In this document: piece after piece, positions 38,018 to 51,107 of the stretch
Numbering within the stretch: position 1 is the first letter of the stretch
Layout: each line of letters begins with the position of its first letter
Source of the DNA: Camelus dromedarius
Taxonomy: Eukaryota
Assembly: GCF_036321535.1 (NCBI RefSeq)
Contig: NC_087436.1
Span: 113,958,001 to 114,022,000, forward strand
DNA length: 64,000 nucleotides
Direction of reading: 5' to 3'
Notes under the pieces: generated by a model
Told to the model about the DNA's origin: nothing
Databases searched by the model: none
What the model saw: only the letters and a program-made list of their open reading frames with translations
Made by a program: the position numbers and the translations under genes

Positions 38018-38299
38018 GATAAAATAATTATGAGCTGATAATTATGGACAATACAACCTCATTCACCAATGTTTATAAACTTGTAAGTTGTAGAGTCCAT
38101 GTTTGATCCCAGATCTTCCTGACTTCCAAACAATCAGAGAAAATATAAAAGAATTAAAGGAGAGGAATGGAATTAGTAAAACAGACAGCTTCAGTCAGTC
38201 AGTTGTATGGTGCCATGTAAGAACTTTTGGAATGACTGCCATTGTAAAATATCGCAGAGACTGGCACACGGATTGGGTAGCAAGTGGAGTAGACAAATG

Positions 38300-38530
38300 A
38301 TCTTAGAGGTTAAAAGAATTTAAAGTCAAACAGCCCTAGGTTCAAGTCTGACACTCTGCATGGCACTGAACAATTTATTTGACCTGTTGGGCCAGTAATT
38401 TCCTCATCCCTAAGGCAAGAATAATAGATTCTATCTCACAAGAGTGTTGTAAGCCTTAAACATGGTGATGTATAGAGTACTTAGCATGAAGTTGCACACG
38501 TAGAAAGTACTCATCAAATGATAGCAATTA
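38300..38530 (+). mobile_element. MIR SINE
   Basis: agtcaaacagccctaggttcaagtctgacactctgc...ttcctcatc...tagaaagtactcatcaaatgatagc. Confidence 0.75.
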
Positions 38531-39569
38531 GTGTTCCTAATAAGCCCTCAATAAAGTTTGCGTGACTGATTGATTTCTCTTCATCAATTTACCTGCAACT
38601 TAACTATCAGATTATTTACCACTAATATCTCCCTAGTAGTTAACAACACAATCAGGATTATAAATAAAGAGCACTGCTTGAACCATTGAGGCTGTTAGAG
38701 ATAAAGGGACCCCTTATTTTAAGTGTGGTGGATACTAATAGTTCCTTTCTTGTAACAAAAGTATCTTCAGGCTGCAATTTTGAGATAGCATTAAGGCTGA
38801 GCACTCACTTTATGCTTTTCCGCAGTGGTATGAGAAGTTACAAGGCTGGGGGTTTTCCTGGTTATCCACTTGTCTCCTTCCCATCTTGCAAGTGGAACAA
38901 GTACTGCTGTTGCTAAGCAACGGTGCAATGGTGGGAGTGATGGTGCATGTGTAATGTGCCACTCTGGGAGTGAGGAGCTTAGTTCTAGAGCTGGTCCAAG
39001 GGCACTGAGAAGGAACATGGAAGAGTGTACTTTTTCTTGACAGCTGGACAGTCATGCCATTAATGCAAATCCTCCAATAATTAAAAGAGCTGCTTCCACT
39101 GAGCAATTCCATCACCAGCTTTCTGTGAACTGTGGAAAATCCTAAGAAGCACAGGCCCCAGTAGCTCTTGAAAGGCACCATTTGCCATCCTGGTACCTTG
39201 GCTTAAATGTATACCATAAATACATCAGTTCCCTTTGGTGAATAGTCAGAACTCAAGATGGACTTTGAAAAACTGATTGGAAATCTCGATCCCAAACATG
39301 CAACCATTCCATGAAATTAATAGGAGAGTGGTTCTTTTATTGAAGTAATTAAGAGAAGCTCTTACAAAAGGAAATGAGACATACAAGGGGAGAATAAGAG
39401 AGAACACACGATTTGGTAACTGGCAACCGTCTGTTTTGTGTCATTAAATAGAAGAAAAAAATGAAGGTTGAGAATGTCTCTTGTTACATTAGCAACTGAG
39501 GCCTTCCTAATAATTGTAGTCAATTGTCACTCTCATGGGGTAATATGCTCAAGCCTTTGCAGTGTGCTG

Positions 39570-39835
39570 AGCAATATTTTATAGCAGTTAGGCACAGGCT
39601 CAGGAACCAGAATGTCTTGGTTTGGGCTGCAGCTCTCCAACTCACTGACTTAGTGAAATTTGGAAAGTCACTTAACCTCTCTGTGCCCCGCTTTTTTATG
39701 TATAAAATGTGGATAATTATAATACCTATCTCATTGGACTGTAAAGACTGTAAAGTTTAAATGAATAGATACAAGTAAACAATTTAAACTGAAGTGGGCA
39801 TATAATAAATATTAAATAAATGTCAGCCATTATTA
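39570..39835 (+). mobile_element. MIR SINE
   Basis: tggaaagtcacttaacctctctgtgccc...tataaaatgtggataattataatacctatctcattgg. Confidence 0.85.
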
Positions 39836-41189
39836 ATAGTACTGTCACATATTTTATTAACACAAGGGTCTCATCTTATTAATTTTTCTGTTTTTATCAC
39901 CCAAAACTATATTCAGCCTTTACTTGGTGCATGATAAATTTTTGTCGAATAAGTGAACTAGGGGGCATTCTAAAAATTCAATTACTTCACTTTAGGTCAA
40001 TACATTTTTAAAACTGGCTAAAGAGAATACAGTTCAAAATCAGAATAAAAATAATAAAAGGGTTTTACAGAGTAGCTTCACATGCCTTTTTCCTTGCCTA
40101 GACCCTCAACTTAAAACACATTTTTAAGGAATGTTAAACTCAAACTTAGAGGCTAATACTGACCCTTTGTCGCACATTTTATCTTTCACAAATGAATATC
40201 TCTGTCTCCTGCAGGCAACAAGCATATCCTGGAGTTCACTCTGAACATTTGAAATGTTGTGCCCTTGTCTTGTGTTGAGCTTTAATGGAGAGATCATCTA
40301 GCCTCAAGGGGAAGTGAGAAATAGTTTCGATAACTATGGTAACCTTATGCCCTAGGAAAAGCTCAGAGCCCCCTTTGAGTTCTACCCTCATCTCTCACTT
40401 GGACAAACAGCCTTACTTCTTAGTGTACTAGTTTCTTCCTCTTTAAAATGTAGGTCATAATTTCAACTCTTCACATTTTATTAAATGAGATCATGCATAT
40501 CAAAATGTACTATTATTTGAGAGGTTCTTGAGAAAATTTTAGTCCTAGAAAACACCTCATTTTGAACCTCACTTTTTAAATCAAGAAAGTCATAGATTTC
40601 CAGATCAGTTAATGACATAAATGCTTTTTTTTTCTCTTTTTTCTGATATCTCTGAGATTACTTTTCATTCATCATATAAGGAGTGAAGTTCTTTTAGCCA
40701 CAAGAACAGCAGAATGTTTGTTGTTCCAGCAATCTAGAGAGCAAATATATGATAAAAATGAGTGTTCATAAAAATCATATTAAAAGTACAATAAAAGTAC
40801 ATAAAAAGTACAATCAACTCTTGATTATTTAAGACTTTAGTGATTTTTTTAAGAAAATAAAAGTTGAGGAGACCCTAAAACATATGTTATTATGTTAATA
40901 AAATCAAAATGACTCAATAAATATTTCCTATTTTGGGCCAAGCAGCATCCTAAGTTCTGAGATAAGACAAATACATACTAAGTTCTTAAAACTGTGCTTT
41001 CTATGTTTGGTGGGTTGCAAATCATCCCAAATTCTTCACCCACTGCCATCTATACTCACGCTCTTGGCTATGCAAATTTGCAGTACCCTCTCACTCTGAC
41101 TCCACCAAGTCCAGGAATAAGAGATAATATGCAATTAAGAGTTCTTGTAGATAACACATCTATAGTGTACTCATATATTAAGTATAATG

Positions 41190-41803
41190 TGGTATTTGTT
41201 TTCTGTAACTGCACAACAAATTACCACAGTTTGGTGACTTCGGACAATACCTACTTATTAGCACACAATTCTGTAGGTTAGGACTTCCTCATAACATGGC
41301 TGGGTTCCCTGTTCAAGGTATTACAGGATGAAATCAAAGTGTCAGTCTGAGTTCTTATCTGAAGGCTCTTGGGGAAAATCTACTTCCAAGCTTACTTTTG
41401 TTCTTAGCAGAATTCAGTCCCTCCCAGGTGACCTGAAGTGCGAACATCCAGGTTGCCTGTCAGCTGGGGGCCACCTTTGCTTCTAGGCTGCTCTCCGGTC
41501 CTGACCATGCAGCCCCTTCCATTCTGCAGTGGGGAATGTCACTCACATTAAACCCCTCTCAAGTTTTGAATCTCTCTGACTTCCTCTTCTGTGAGCAGCC
41601 AGAGGAAATCTATTTTCAAAAGGCCAATGGGATTAGGTCAGGCCCACCCAGATAATCTTCATATATTAAGGTCAACTGTGCCATATAATTTAACATAATA
41701 CCAGGAATAAAATTCATCATATTCACAGTCCTGGGGATTATACAGGGCATGTTACACCAGGATCAGGAAATCTTATGGGATATCTTCTAATTCTGCTTAC
41801 CAG
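41190..41803 (-). mobile_element. MaLR LTR (MLT1E-like)
   Basis: aacaaattaccacag...ctcttggggaaaatctacttccaagctt...gattaggtcaggcccacccagataatct...attcacagtcctggggatta...aattctgcttacca. Confidence 0.8.
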
Positions 41804-42919
41804 AAGTACAAAGTGGATGTTATAATATTTATTCTACAGAAAGATCTTTAGAGAAATAAAGTGGAAGAAAAGAAAACCCAATGAAAGCTTAAAGTTAATC
41901 CAACAATATATGATACTAACAGGTTTCCCAAGGCAAATTTACTCCCTTCCCCCTTTTCTAGAAGTCTAAGACTTTCAAGAATTGAGTGGAGAAGGGTCAC
42001 AAGAGAACATTCTGGAGTACTGGTATGTTCTTAATCTTGATCTGGATGTTGGCTGCATGGATGTATTTGTTGAAAGTCGTTGAATTGCATGCTTAGTATC
42101 TGTGGAATGGAAGTGATTAACGGAAACTGCTTTTCCCCAGGTCTCACCTACTTCCTAATCCAAAGGACTGTCGATATGACTAACATAATGGATCCAAGCA
42201 TTAACAGGGCTGAAATCCAGCCTTCGTAACAATCCCTGTACCATTTACACAGACTCCAGGGGTCTCACATCTTCCCCTGGAGAAAATTCTCCTCCAGTTT
42301 CCCACTTATCTTCTCCCTCTTTGATCACTTCTGATTCTTCTATAGGGAGGCCCCTAGTCATTGTGCTAATATTTTCTTCAATTGTTTTACTATTACTCCT
42401 GAACAAAACATAGGGCACACGTGCTTAATGCCAGTATATGATCACAGATTTGAAAATGTGTCTGATGGCACAAAATACTGCCAGGCCAAAATCAAATTAG
42501 TAAGACAAGCAGAAAACCCAACCAGGGGCTTGTCTTAAGTTCAAGATTAACTTTATCCCTTCAGAATGTCATTTATCTTCAAAATAGCTTTGAGGTTTGA
42601 AACTGTTTAAAGACTTGATTTTATCTTTCTCTATTTCTTTTTCCCCCTTTTTTTTTTTTCATTTTCCATCATCTTGCCCCTTAAAAACTTAAGAGGAATG
42701 GTGAAAAGACAAGAAGCAGTGATTTATAGGATATACATCTTTTCTTTAGTACAAGCACCAGAATGATGAAAAATAAGATACTTGCTAATGAACTGGATGA
42801 AATTGAGACTCTTAAACCAACTATTGAATCAAGAATTTAATTTAGCTCTTCTGACCACCTTAGCCCAGAAATGCAATAATGTACCACTTTATATTTGCTG
42901 AAAGCATATGACAACTGTG

Positions 42920-43090
42920 TTTTGACAGAGCTAGATGGAAATCTTGGCCCCCAATACTACCTTCAGGTATATTCTGGATAAACTAGTTAACTTCTCTGAG
43001 CTTCAGCTTCCTCACCTCTAAATTAAGAATAATAGCACTTACTTCACAAGGGCTTGTGAGGCATAAATGCATATAAAGATTTTGGAACAG
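42920..43090 (+). mobile_element. MIR fragment
   Basis: ttaacttctctgagcttcagcttcctcacctctaaatt...aataatagcacttacttcacaaggg. Confidence 0.75.
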
Positions 43091-43154
43091 CTATGCCTTT
43101 CCGCTGTGGAAAGTTGCTATCACAGAAGTCGCAAGGATAAGGCACAAACGTGTT

Positions 43155-43520
43155 AGCTTAAGTAAGTTTCCCTAAAACTTCTCTAGACACCTATTGTGGA
43201 AAACTGGGTTCAGTTCTCCCCTGGGGTTCTCTGAACCACCACACGAATCACACTTTAGAACTGCTCCATCAGAAGGTGGAAAGGCTAGAGCACTTGTTCA
43301 CTGGCCCACTTTGCTTGAGGGTTGCGCCTGGGGCTTTCCTGGGGCTATGCACTCTGGCTGTGCCCTCATACCCACAGAAGAAAACCACCAGGCGAAGAAG
43401 AGAAAAAAAAATGAATGCTTCAGGTGGGAAGCTGAGGGCATGCTAGAAATTGTCTTAGGGGTGTACACTCAGTTGGACCAGTGTGTATGAGGCAGATAAT
43501 CAACAGTGTTTACTATGTTG
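43155..43520 (-). mobile_element. LTR16-like ERVL LTR fragment
   Basis: aactgggttcagttctcccctggggttctctg...cactttagaactgctccatcagaagg...ttgagggttgcgcctggggc. Confidence 0.5.
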
Positions 43521-43954
43521 GTGAGGTGGCAATTAAGCTACGTTGGAAATCAGAAACATGGGGTCAAATCTCAACTTTATGCTTAACTAAATATGAGTGA
43601 GTCATTCATTCATTCATTCATTCAACAGACAGTAATTGAGCAGTTACTAATTTCCAGAAAATATTCTTGGCAGTGAGGGCAGAGTAATGAACAAAGTAGA
43701 TAAAAAGTTCTGCTTTTGTGTTTCTTGAAGTGTTTTGAATATTCAAGTCTTATACACACTAATTTGCAAAAGAGGAGGTGGTTTAGATCTGAGTGGGAAT
43801 CACATATCTAGTGTGAACAGGAATATAAAATAAATAAGGGAAGTTGACTCCTCAGAGAAATAACAGAGAATACTTCTATGGGTTTTTAAATATTCTTTTT
43901 CGTTATAGGTACTACAAGATGTGAAATACAGCTCCCTGTGCTGTATGTAGAGTT

Positions 43955-44615
43955 CCCCACAATCTGGTCTTAGCGATTGGGTCTTCATGGTTGTTTATAG
44001 TTCCTATTAGTTGGTGCTTATATCTAGAGACTTCATAAGATTCAGGTTTTATATTTGGTCAAGATTACTTCACAGGTGGTACTGTGTAACTCTCACGAGG
44101 TATGCAGTGTCATTTTGTCTCTTTGGGATTTAGTAGTCATGAATGATCCTTGCCATGAATCAAAAATCCATTAGCAGTTACAAAAGTTGTCATATTCTGT
44201 CATTCCTAATTTCTTTACTAGCTGAAATATTCCTACAAGAAGAAATTTACTTTCATCAGGTATTTAGTTAATCTGAGATACAGGTTGTTAAACAGGGCAA
44301 AATAAATAGTTTATTCTTTCCCTTTATTTACTAACTTTCAACATAACAAGATGATTCACTGGTATCTTCCAAAATATATAATAATGGGAAAATATACAGA
44401 AAAATGATCAATTTTTTTTTGCTTTTTTGTGTCTATTACCTACTAATGCATTTAAATAAATGTAATGAATATGAACACATCACAATTGTTATCTTTAATG
44501 ACGCTTCAGTTGTCCTTTCTTTGCCCAGGGCTGCTGATTTGACTCCTGATCCTCTTTAATGTAATTCTGGACATTCTAGTATTCCTTGCTTCTTGTAATG
44601 ACAAGATACTTTACC
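43955..44615 (-). mobile_element. L1MC4/5-like 3' fragment
   Basis: ggtcaagattacttcacaggtggtactgtgtaact...tagctgaaatattcctacaagaagaaattt...ttctttccctttatttactaactttca. Confidence 0.55.
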
Positions 44616-44858
44616 AAAAATTTGGATAAACTTTTTTTATATTAATAGTTTATCCTTCTATTTCTTCCTTGTTTTAAATAAACTATTATACACTGACTTT
44701 CAAATACCCATTTTAAAAATGAAAGGTAACATCCATTTGCCTCTTTTTCCAGCTCATGTTTTTTCTTAAATCATATATCTTTGAAATCATAGTAGGAAGG
44801 ATAACTTAATACAGCACAGTTAAATCTGTGGTGAGAAATGTATAATGACATTTTACAA

Positions 44859-45195
44859 TGCTGTGGATTGACTTGAGTCCTACCAACATTAAAGAGTCAC
44901 AGCCCTAACTCCCAACATAGATTTGGAGATGTGGCCTTTGGAGATAATGAGGTTTAGATTAGGTCATGTGGGTGGGGTCCTCGGAATGGGATTAGTGCCC
45001 TTATAAGATGACACACCAGAGACTCTGAGTTCTCTGTCTCTTGCCATGTGAGGACTTAGCAAGAAGGCGGCTATCTCCAAGCCAGAAGGAAAGCTCTCAT
45101 AGAAAGCAGCTATGCTGGCATCTCAGTCTTAGACTTCTAGCCTCCAGAACTGAGTCCATGGCGTTTTGTTATGGTGGCCCAAGCTGACTAAGACA
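44859..45195 (+). mobile_element. MLT1A-family MaLR solo LTR
   Basis: TG...CA ends; tttggagatgtggcctttggagataatgagg...gggattagtgcccttataag...ttctagcctccagaactg...gctgactaagaca. Confidence 0.85.
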
Positions 45196-45264
45196 ATAAC
45201 TAAGTAGAATTCTCAATAAATCCCTTATACTTGCAGCAAGAACTTTGAGTAGTAATTTCAAGCT

Positions 45265-45350
45265 TTATATATATACACACATACACACACACACACACTA
45301 TATATATATAATATATATATACAGTATATATATATACTCTAGATATATAC
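45265..45350. repeat. (TA)n/(CA)n low-complexity microsatellite
   Basis: Directly visible. Confidence 0.9.
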
Positions 45351-45554
45351 TAACACTAGATCCTCCTTCTAACACTTCTCTTTCCTACCCAGAAGTGTTC
45401 TTTAAATGTCATCTGCCCACTGAATTAAATGCACACTGTTTCTCTCTGGTATTATCAGTGTGGCCCATCCTGTCTCTTCAGCCTTATTCATATAGTCCAC
45501 GTTACATGCCCCAGGCTCTACTTGCCCCCTCCCAAAGTATACTTCCCAACCTCC

Positions 45555-45970
45555 ATGCACATCACTTTGCTAGGGCTACCATAAAAAGCTTGCATAGCCT
45601 GAGTGGCTGAAGCAATGAAAAAGTATTGTCTTAGTGCTGAAGGCTAGAAGTTCATAATCAAGATGTCAACAGGGCTGGCTCCTTCTAAGAGCTGCGAGGG
45701 AATCATGCCTCTCTACATGGACTGTAGGTGGCCTCTTCTCGTTACCTTTCTTCACATTGCCATCCCTCTGTGCATTGTCTCTTTGTCCAAATTTCCCCTT
45801 TTGATAAGGACACAGGTCATTTTTTATTAAAGGCCACACCAATGACTTTACTTTAACTTGATTACCTTTGTAAAGAGCCTATCTCCAAATAAGGTAACAT
45901 TCTGAGGTCCTGGGGGTTACGATTAGACATATGTATTAGGGGAAGGAGGGACATAGGTCAACTCATAATG
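45555..45970 (-). mobile_element. MLT1B/C MaLR solo LTR
   Basis: tgctagggctaccataa...aatcaagatgtcaacaggg...ttaacttgattacctttgtaaagagcctatctccaaataaggtaacattctgaggtcctggggg. Confidence 0.8.
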
Positions 45971-46689
45971 CTATGTGTTGATTTGCTTCTTCACTATTCT
46001 AAAAACTTCTCCATTTTTATTTCATGACTTTGAAATCACATCAGTTGTTCAATGCAAACTTCTTCACAAAGTCTTTTTTCTCTTGATATTTTTGATATCA
46101 CCTGCCTCCCCAAAATATATACTCTCTTCCAGCAAATATCAGCTATACTTAGCTTTTATTTTTCTCATGGTCCTTACCTCCTACTTCATATCATATGTTG
46201 TATGTGCTTTTCTTTCTCCCCTTAACAGTGGGTCACCTTCTAGACAGTCTAACCCTGATCTCATATAGTATACAATGAAGGTTTTAGTATTTAAGACTTG
46301 AAATAGGGGAACATCCGTATGCACAGCTATTCATTTTGACCAACAATTGGAGCAACCGGTCCTGACTGCAATGGTAGCAACTCATTTGTGTCTGTATCTC
46401 TAGTACTGGGCACAGTGCCTGACACAGAGCTGTGACATTAAAGTGAATGAATGATTTTTTTCTAAAATGGTATATGCCAGGGAAGGGAGGGAAAGAGGTG
46501 GGAAGAAAAGTCAACAGACCTAAAATCTCACTATGTAAGTCCTGCCAGCATCTCATTGCCAGACCCCCTGGACTGTAGAGTTGGACTGCCAGTCTTGGAT
46601 TAAATGAGCTCCTTTCAGAAGAGGTACCCATAGGGATCACTTTGGCTGGCAGGACGGTGCAGGAAGTGAGAAGTGTGCCTCTCTCTGCA

Positions 46690-47162
46690 ACAGGTTCTTG
46701 TAAGTTTCACACTGGCACATATAGAAGGACAGAATAAAATGACCAGAGAAACACGATTCTATAGCAAGATATCTTGGCCTGTCTATGAGAAGCCCATTGA
46801 GAACAAGAGTCTGTGTGAATAGAGAAAAGGTAAAGAGAAATAGATCCCAGTAGCCGTAGGGATTCTGGCAAGCCAAACAGCTTTGGAACTGATGAGTTTG
46901 AATAATTTCAGCAGGCTCAGTAGCAGAGGAGCTGTTTTTTGGTGCCTGGCCAGATGTCTGGTACCTGGAGTGATTAAAGCAGGTAAATAGTGGCTCAAAG
47001 TATGAGAACCCAATAAAGGAGGTGGTTGGGGAATGGAGTCTAGATTGGTTAGTTTGCATTTGAAAACTGTGCTTGGTGGGTGAATTGGCTAACCCTGGAA
47101 GACGCAGTCTTTCCAGAGTCAGCAAAGCCCCAGAACATAAAAAATAAAAGAACCAGTTAACG
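46690..47162 (-). mobile_element. MER74/LTR53-group ERVL solo LTR
   Basis: Minus strand ctggggctttgctgactctggaaagactg...ccagggttagccaattc...atgcaaactaaccaatctaga...ccccaaccacctcctttattgggttctca...gctgaaattattcaaact matches the recalled MER74. Confidence 0.75.
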
Positions 47163-48309
47163 CAAGCAGCCAGGTGCCAAGCTGCCTCCACTCCTTCCAA
47201 ATACAGCATCTACAATAGGATTTTTATTAACCGGCTTCGTTTCCCTTTTTGCACAGAGTAAGCTTCCAAGACAAGTTTTTTCACATTCTCATTCTGCAAA
47301 TGAGAAGTGCAAGCCTTACAGGGGCCAAGTGATTTTCCCAAGTCCGTACAGCAAAAGCAGTAGGCAAGTTACTTCATTTCTTCAAATCTAAGAATGATTT
47401 TGCTTTCCACTTTATACTATTATAATCATTCTGTTTGCTTACACTCCCCAGTGACTTTTAATATCAAAGCTGTGTGAAATGTGTGGAACAAAGTTTGGGG
47501 AGGTGTGACATGATGTTTGATGGATACCTTGAGATCTCCATGCTAGTCTTAGCAGTGCTGAAGGGACTGGAGGCTGGAATGAAAAACCAAACCACACCAC
47601 ACCAAACACAAAAATCAGACTTGGAGCCACTGAAACAGGCTCTAAGAACCCCAAGACTTTAAACAGGGACCTTTTAATTGTCTTGAACGCAACTGATACC
47701 CCTTTCTTTTCTGACACCTCCTGGTCCCTGAATCAGCTGTTATGTTCAGATATGCAGCTTCCATCACTTCACTAACATTTGATTTTACTTCCATCATTAG
47801 TAATTACGAAGGTGGGTTCCAGCAATCTTGCAAATGAGGTTGGCTTTCTCCCTACTGTCACCTCCTACAATTATCAAATATTGACAAGGTGAGGCAAAGG
47901 AAACAATGAACGTCTCTGAATGGCCCTTGGATAGCCCATGATGGAATCACAGAAACCTGAGTATATATATTTTTTTCTTTACCCACTATTTCCAGGGGGA
48001 CATGGAAGCTTTCAAACAAACTGTAAAAACATGTTAGGATGAATTTCTGTGCTTAGAAGCATTGCCTTTCTAAAACCAATCTATATTGCCATTTTTAAGG
48101 TCTGACTAAAAAGTGTCATAAACACAGGGAAAAAGCAAGTTGGGGTGACAAATGGAAGGACTTCCAGGTGCCTCTGCATACCACATTTCACAGTTACAAA
48201 GGTTTAACCCCTTTAGGGGAAGACCACCATGTCTCAACACCTTTTGCTCAGGTGTTACATACAGGGCACTTAGTTGAAGGAGAGATCAAAGGCAGGGAGA
48301 CTGCAGAAA

Positions 48310-48545
48310 ATACTGGTAAAGGACAAAGTCTTTAGTGTCAGAGAGTCCTAGGTTCCAGTTCAAACTCTTGCACTTTCTAGCCATGCGACCCCAGGCAAGC
48401 TTTATCAGTGAGCCTCTATTGACTCAGTTGTCAAATAAGGATCATACTTTCCAGGGCTGGTCTGAGAATTTAATGAATGTGTGGAAGTGCAAAGTTTTGT
48501 TCTGTTCCTGGATATGTCAAACACTCAATAAAAGGTAGTTGTTGG
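48310..48545 (+). mobile_element. MIR SINE
   Basis: gtcagagagtcctaggttccag...gaccccaggcaag...actcaataaaaggtagtt. Confidence 0.65.
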
Positions 48546-50160
48546 TAATGATGTATATAGGGCTTTCTATTGAGGGCCAAGAAGAGTGACTTTTGTTTCT
48601 CCATTTTTTTAATACTACTTTTGTTCTTAAAGAGCTTCAGTGTTCAGGATTATCATGAATTTTAGAGCTGGAAGAAACTTTACTACCTTTTGGTTCACTC
48701 TCTTCAAAACTGCACAAACACAAACTAGGGTGCATGATCCAAAGGTCACTTAGTCACCATAGAGAAAGTACAGCTAAGACAATGATGTAAATACTGGTTT
48801 GGTAGAGACAAATTCTTCAACAGAGCACACACTCTGAAAGCTGATCATTCCTCAGAACAATACCTTAAAACAGAAAGTTGCAGGTACTTAAAAATAACAA
48901 AACTCTGAATAGTGTCACAGCCATCGACTGTGCACTTTATTTACAGAAATACTCTTCTATTAATTAAGATAATATTATGATTTTAACATGCTTTTGCAGT
49001 ATGCGGGCCATATATGGTAACACTACTATTATTGCCACTTCCAGAAAAAAAAAATTTTGCTCATTTACACGGTAGCCCTTTGCATCTGCAGAATTGTGGC
49101 TGAGACACATGTTTTGAGGGGAAAGGAGTCCTTTATTGGCTCTAAGAATTTCTGACTAAGGAGAAATGCCTTCACTGTTGGTCCTTACTCTTTTGAATGT
49201 TGAAACTTGCACTATGTAGACAAGTTCTTAGAGGCAAAGCCTACACTCTGCTCCCTAATCAAACTATACGATAATCAAACTCCAGGTTTTTGATAGCCTA
49301 AGAAAATATTTAATGATGTTACAAAGGAAGGAAAATGAAACCCCTGTTTCAACATGGACTCCAGTGAGGAAACGACTCTTTCCCAAAATGGACTTAAAAA
49401 TTCCATCCCTTCACATGATAAAGGAGAGACCACAGAGCCAGAGCAGTGAACAAATGAGGGAAGCACCGTATTTAGAAGAGTAAGTAAAATAGCAACTTCA
49501 TGTTTACTGGGGGCAATTGGAAAAGAAGTGGATGGGGAGAACATTTCTATAATAGAACAACTGGAGTATTCTGCACAAAAATTGTAAGGATTAAGTGTTC
49601 TAACACAAAAATACATGGAAAAAAATTAGACTGTTTTCCCCTCCTCCCAAGAAGATAACAGTAAAACATGACAATACAAAGAAAACATCTTGGTAAAAGG
49701 GTTTTAGCAGTTTGTAATGAACCGGAAACTAGACATTTCCATTGGTTAATGCTATGTGTTTGGAGGACCCATTGCTGATGTATTAAGTTAAGGAGATGCA
49801 GATTATGACCTGCTGAACGAGGAGGCACAAGCGCACCACAAGGGGTTGGTAAGTAGCTCCCTTAGCACCCAAGCCCCTCTTTGAGGAAATAAAAACCCGG
49901 GTTGTTCTGATAAAAGGTGCAGTTTCAATATTCACATAAAGGAAGTAAAGTCACAGGTTTATTACTTCCCAGTACTAGAAATGGGAAATGGGGTTGCAAT
50001 GAGCCAGGGGAAAAGCAGTCCTCTGTCTCAGGTCATGAGCAAGTGAGCAGGAGACAGAAAGCAGAGTAAAAAGTACCTATTACTTCCAAGGTGGTTGGGA
50101 CGGAGGTCACTAATTTTTCATGGGCTGGACTCCAAATGGTTATTTTAAAACGTGCCCCAG

Positions 50161-50423
50161 GATACTGAATATAATTCCCTGTACTATACAATAGGACCTT
50201 GTTGTTTGTCTAGTTTATACATAGTAGTTAGTATCTGCAAAACCCAAACTCCCATTTATCCCCTCTTTCCCTCTGGTAACCATAAGTTTGCTTTCTGTGT
50301 CTGTGAGTCTTTTTCTGTTTCACAATAAGTTCATTTGTGTCATTTTCTTAGATAAACAGCATTGTAAATTGGCTACATTTCAAATAAAAAAATTAAAAAT
50401 GAAAAAATAAAATAAAGTACAAT
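50161..50423 (+). mobile_element. Young L1 3' end with 5' inversion (twin priming)
   Basis: Antisense 3'UTR at about 50161-50353 joined to a sense terminus plus A tail at about 50354-50423. TSD aaaacgtgccccagga (50147) / aaaaggtgcccccagga (50424); TTTT/AAAA endonuclease site. Confidence 0.85.
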
Positions 50424-51107
50424 AAAAGGTGCCCCCAGGAAACAGACACTTAGGGCAGGAGTCCTAAGCTCAGGTCCTTGTGTAAATGTCCACACTCTGG
50501 GTGTGAGCAGGGTTGTCATAAGGTAAAATGCCTAGGCAGTAACTCAGAATTGCTGTTTTCTCATCACAGCCTGATAGAGGCAGACAAACCCATGACCAGA
50601 AATTATATCGTCTGTTAGTCTCTATGGTACAAAGAGGAAGTTGTAAAGAAATACCTAAAGAAAGGCAGTAGATGTAAGTCTTGAGTTGTGGAGATGTTAA
50701 TGAATTACTAAGAAGGAAGAGCAGGTAACAAGTGGCGGAAATGGAGGAACTAAATTACGTGTTTATTAGACTATCAGAACTTCAGTTGTATCCTGAATAG
50801 TGGTGCTCAGTTCTCTGTGGCACCTGTTGTGCAGTTGCTGGAACTAAATTCCTGTCTTTCTTAATTCCCTGTGCAGTCTTACTAAAACAAACAAAATAAG
50901 AAACACCATAATTTGATGGTTGCTCAACATTTGCCTCTGCCAAAATCTCCAACCTCACTTCCTCCCCTTCCATCTCTAGACACACCCACTCTGCCCCAGA
51001 CCACACACAGTGTTTCCTTCTAGCACATTCCTATTTCTGTTCATCCTTCATATTTCAACTCACTTCCTCCAGGAGGCCTTTTGGCCTGAACTACAATGTA
51101 TGCTTAC

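Noticed and set aside
40782..40814. Short tandem repeats (aaaagtacaat x3; also 214-242, 11719-11741, 13599-13623, 18330-18366, 63432-63467)
   Set aside because: Ordinary slippage duplications with no unique spacers; not CRISPR-like.
46637..47209. Longest ORF in the window (190 aa, minus strand)
   Set aside because: Almost entirely inside the MER74-like LTR; no protein-like features.
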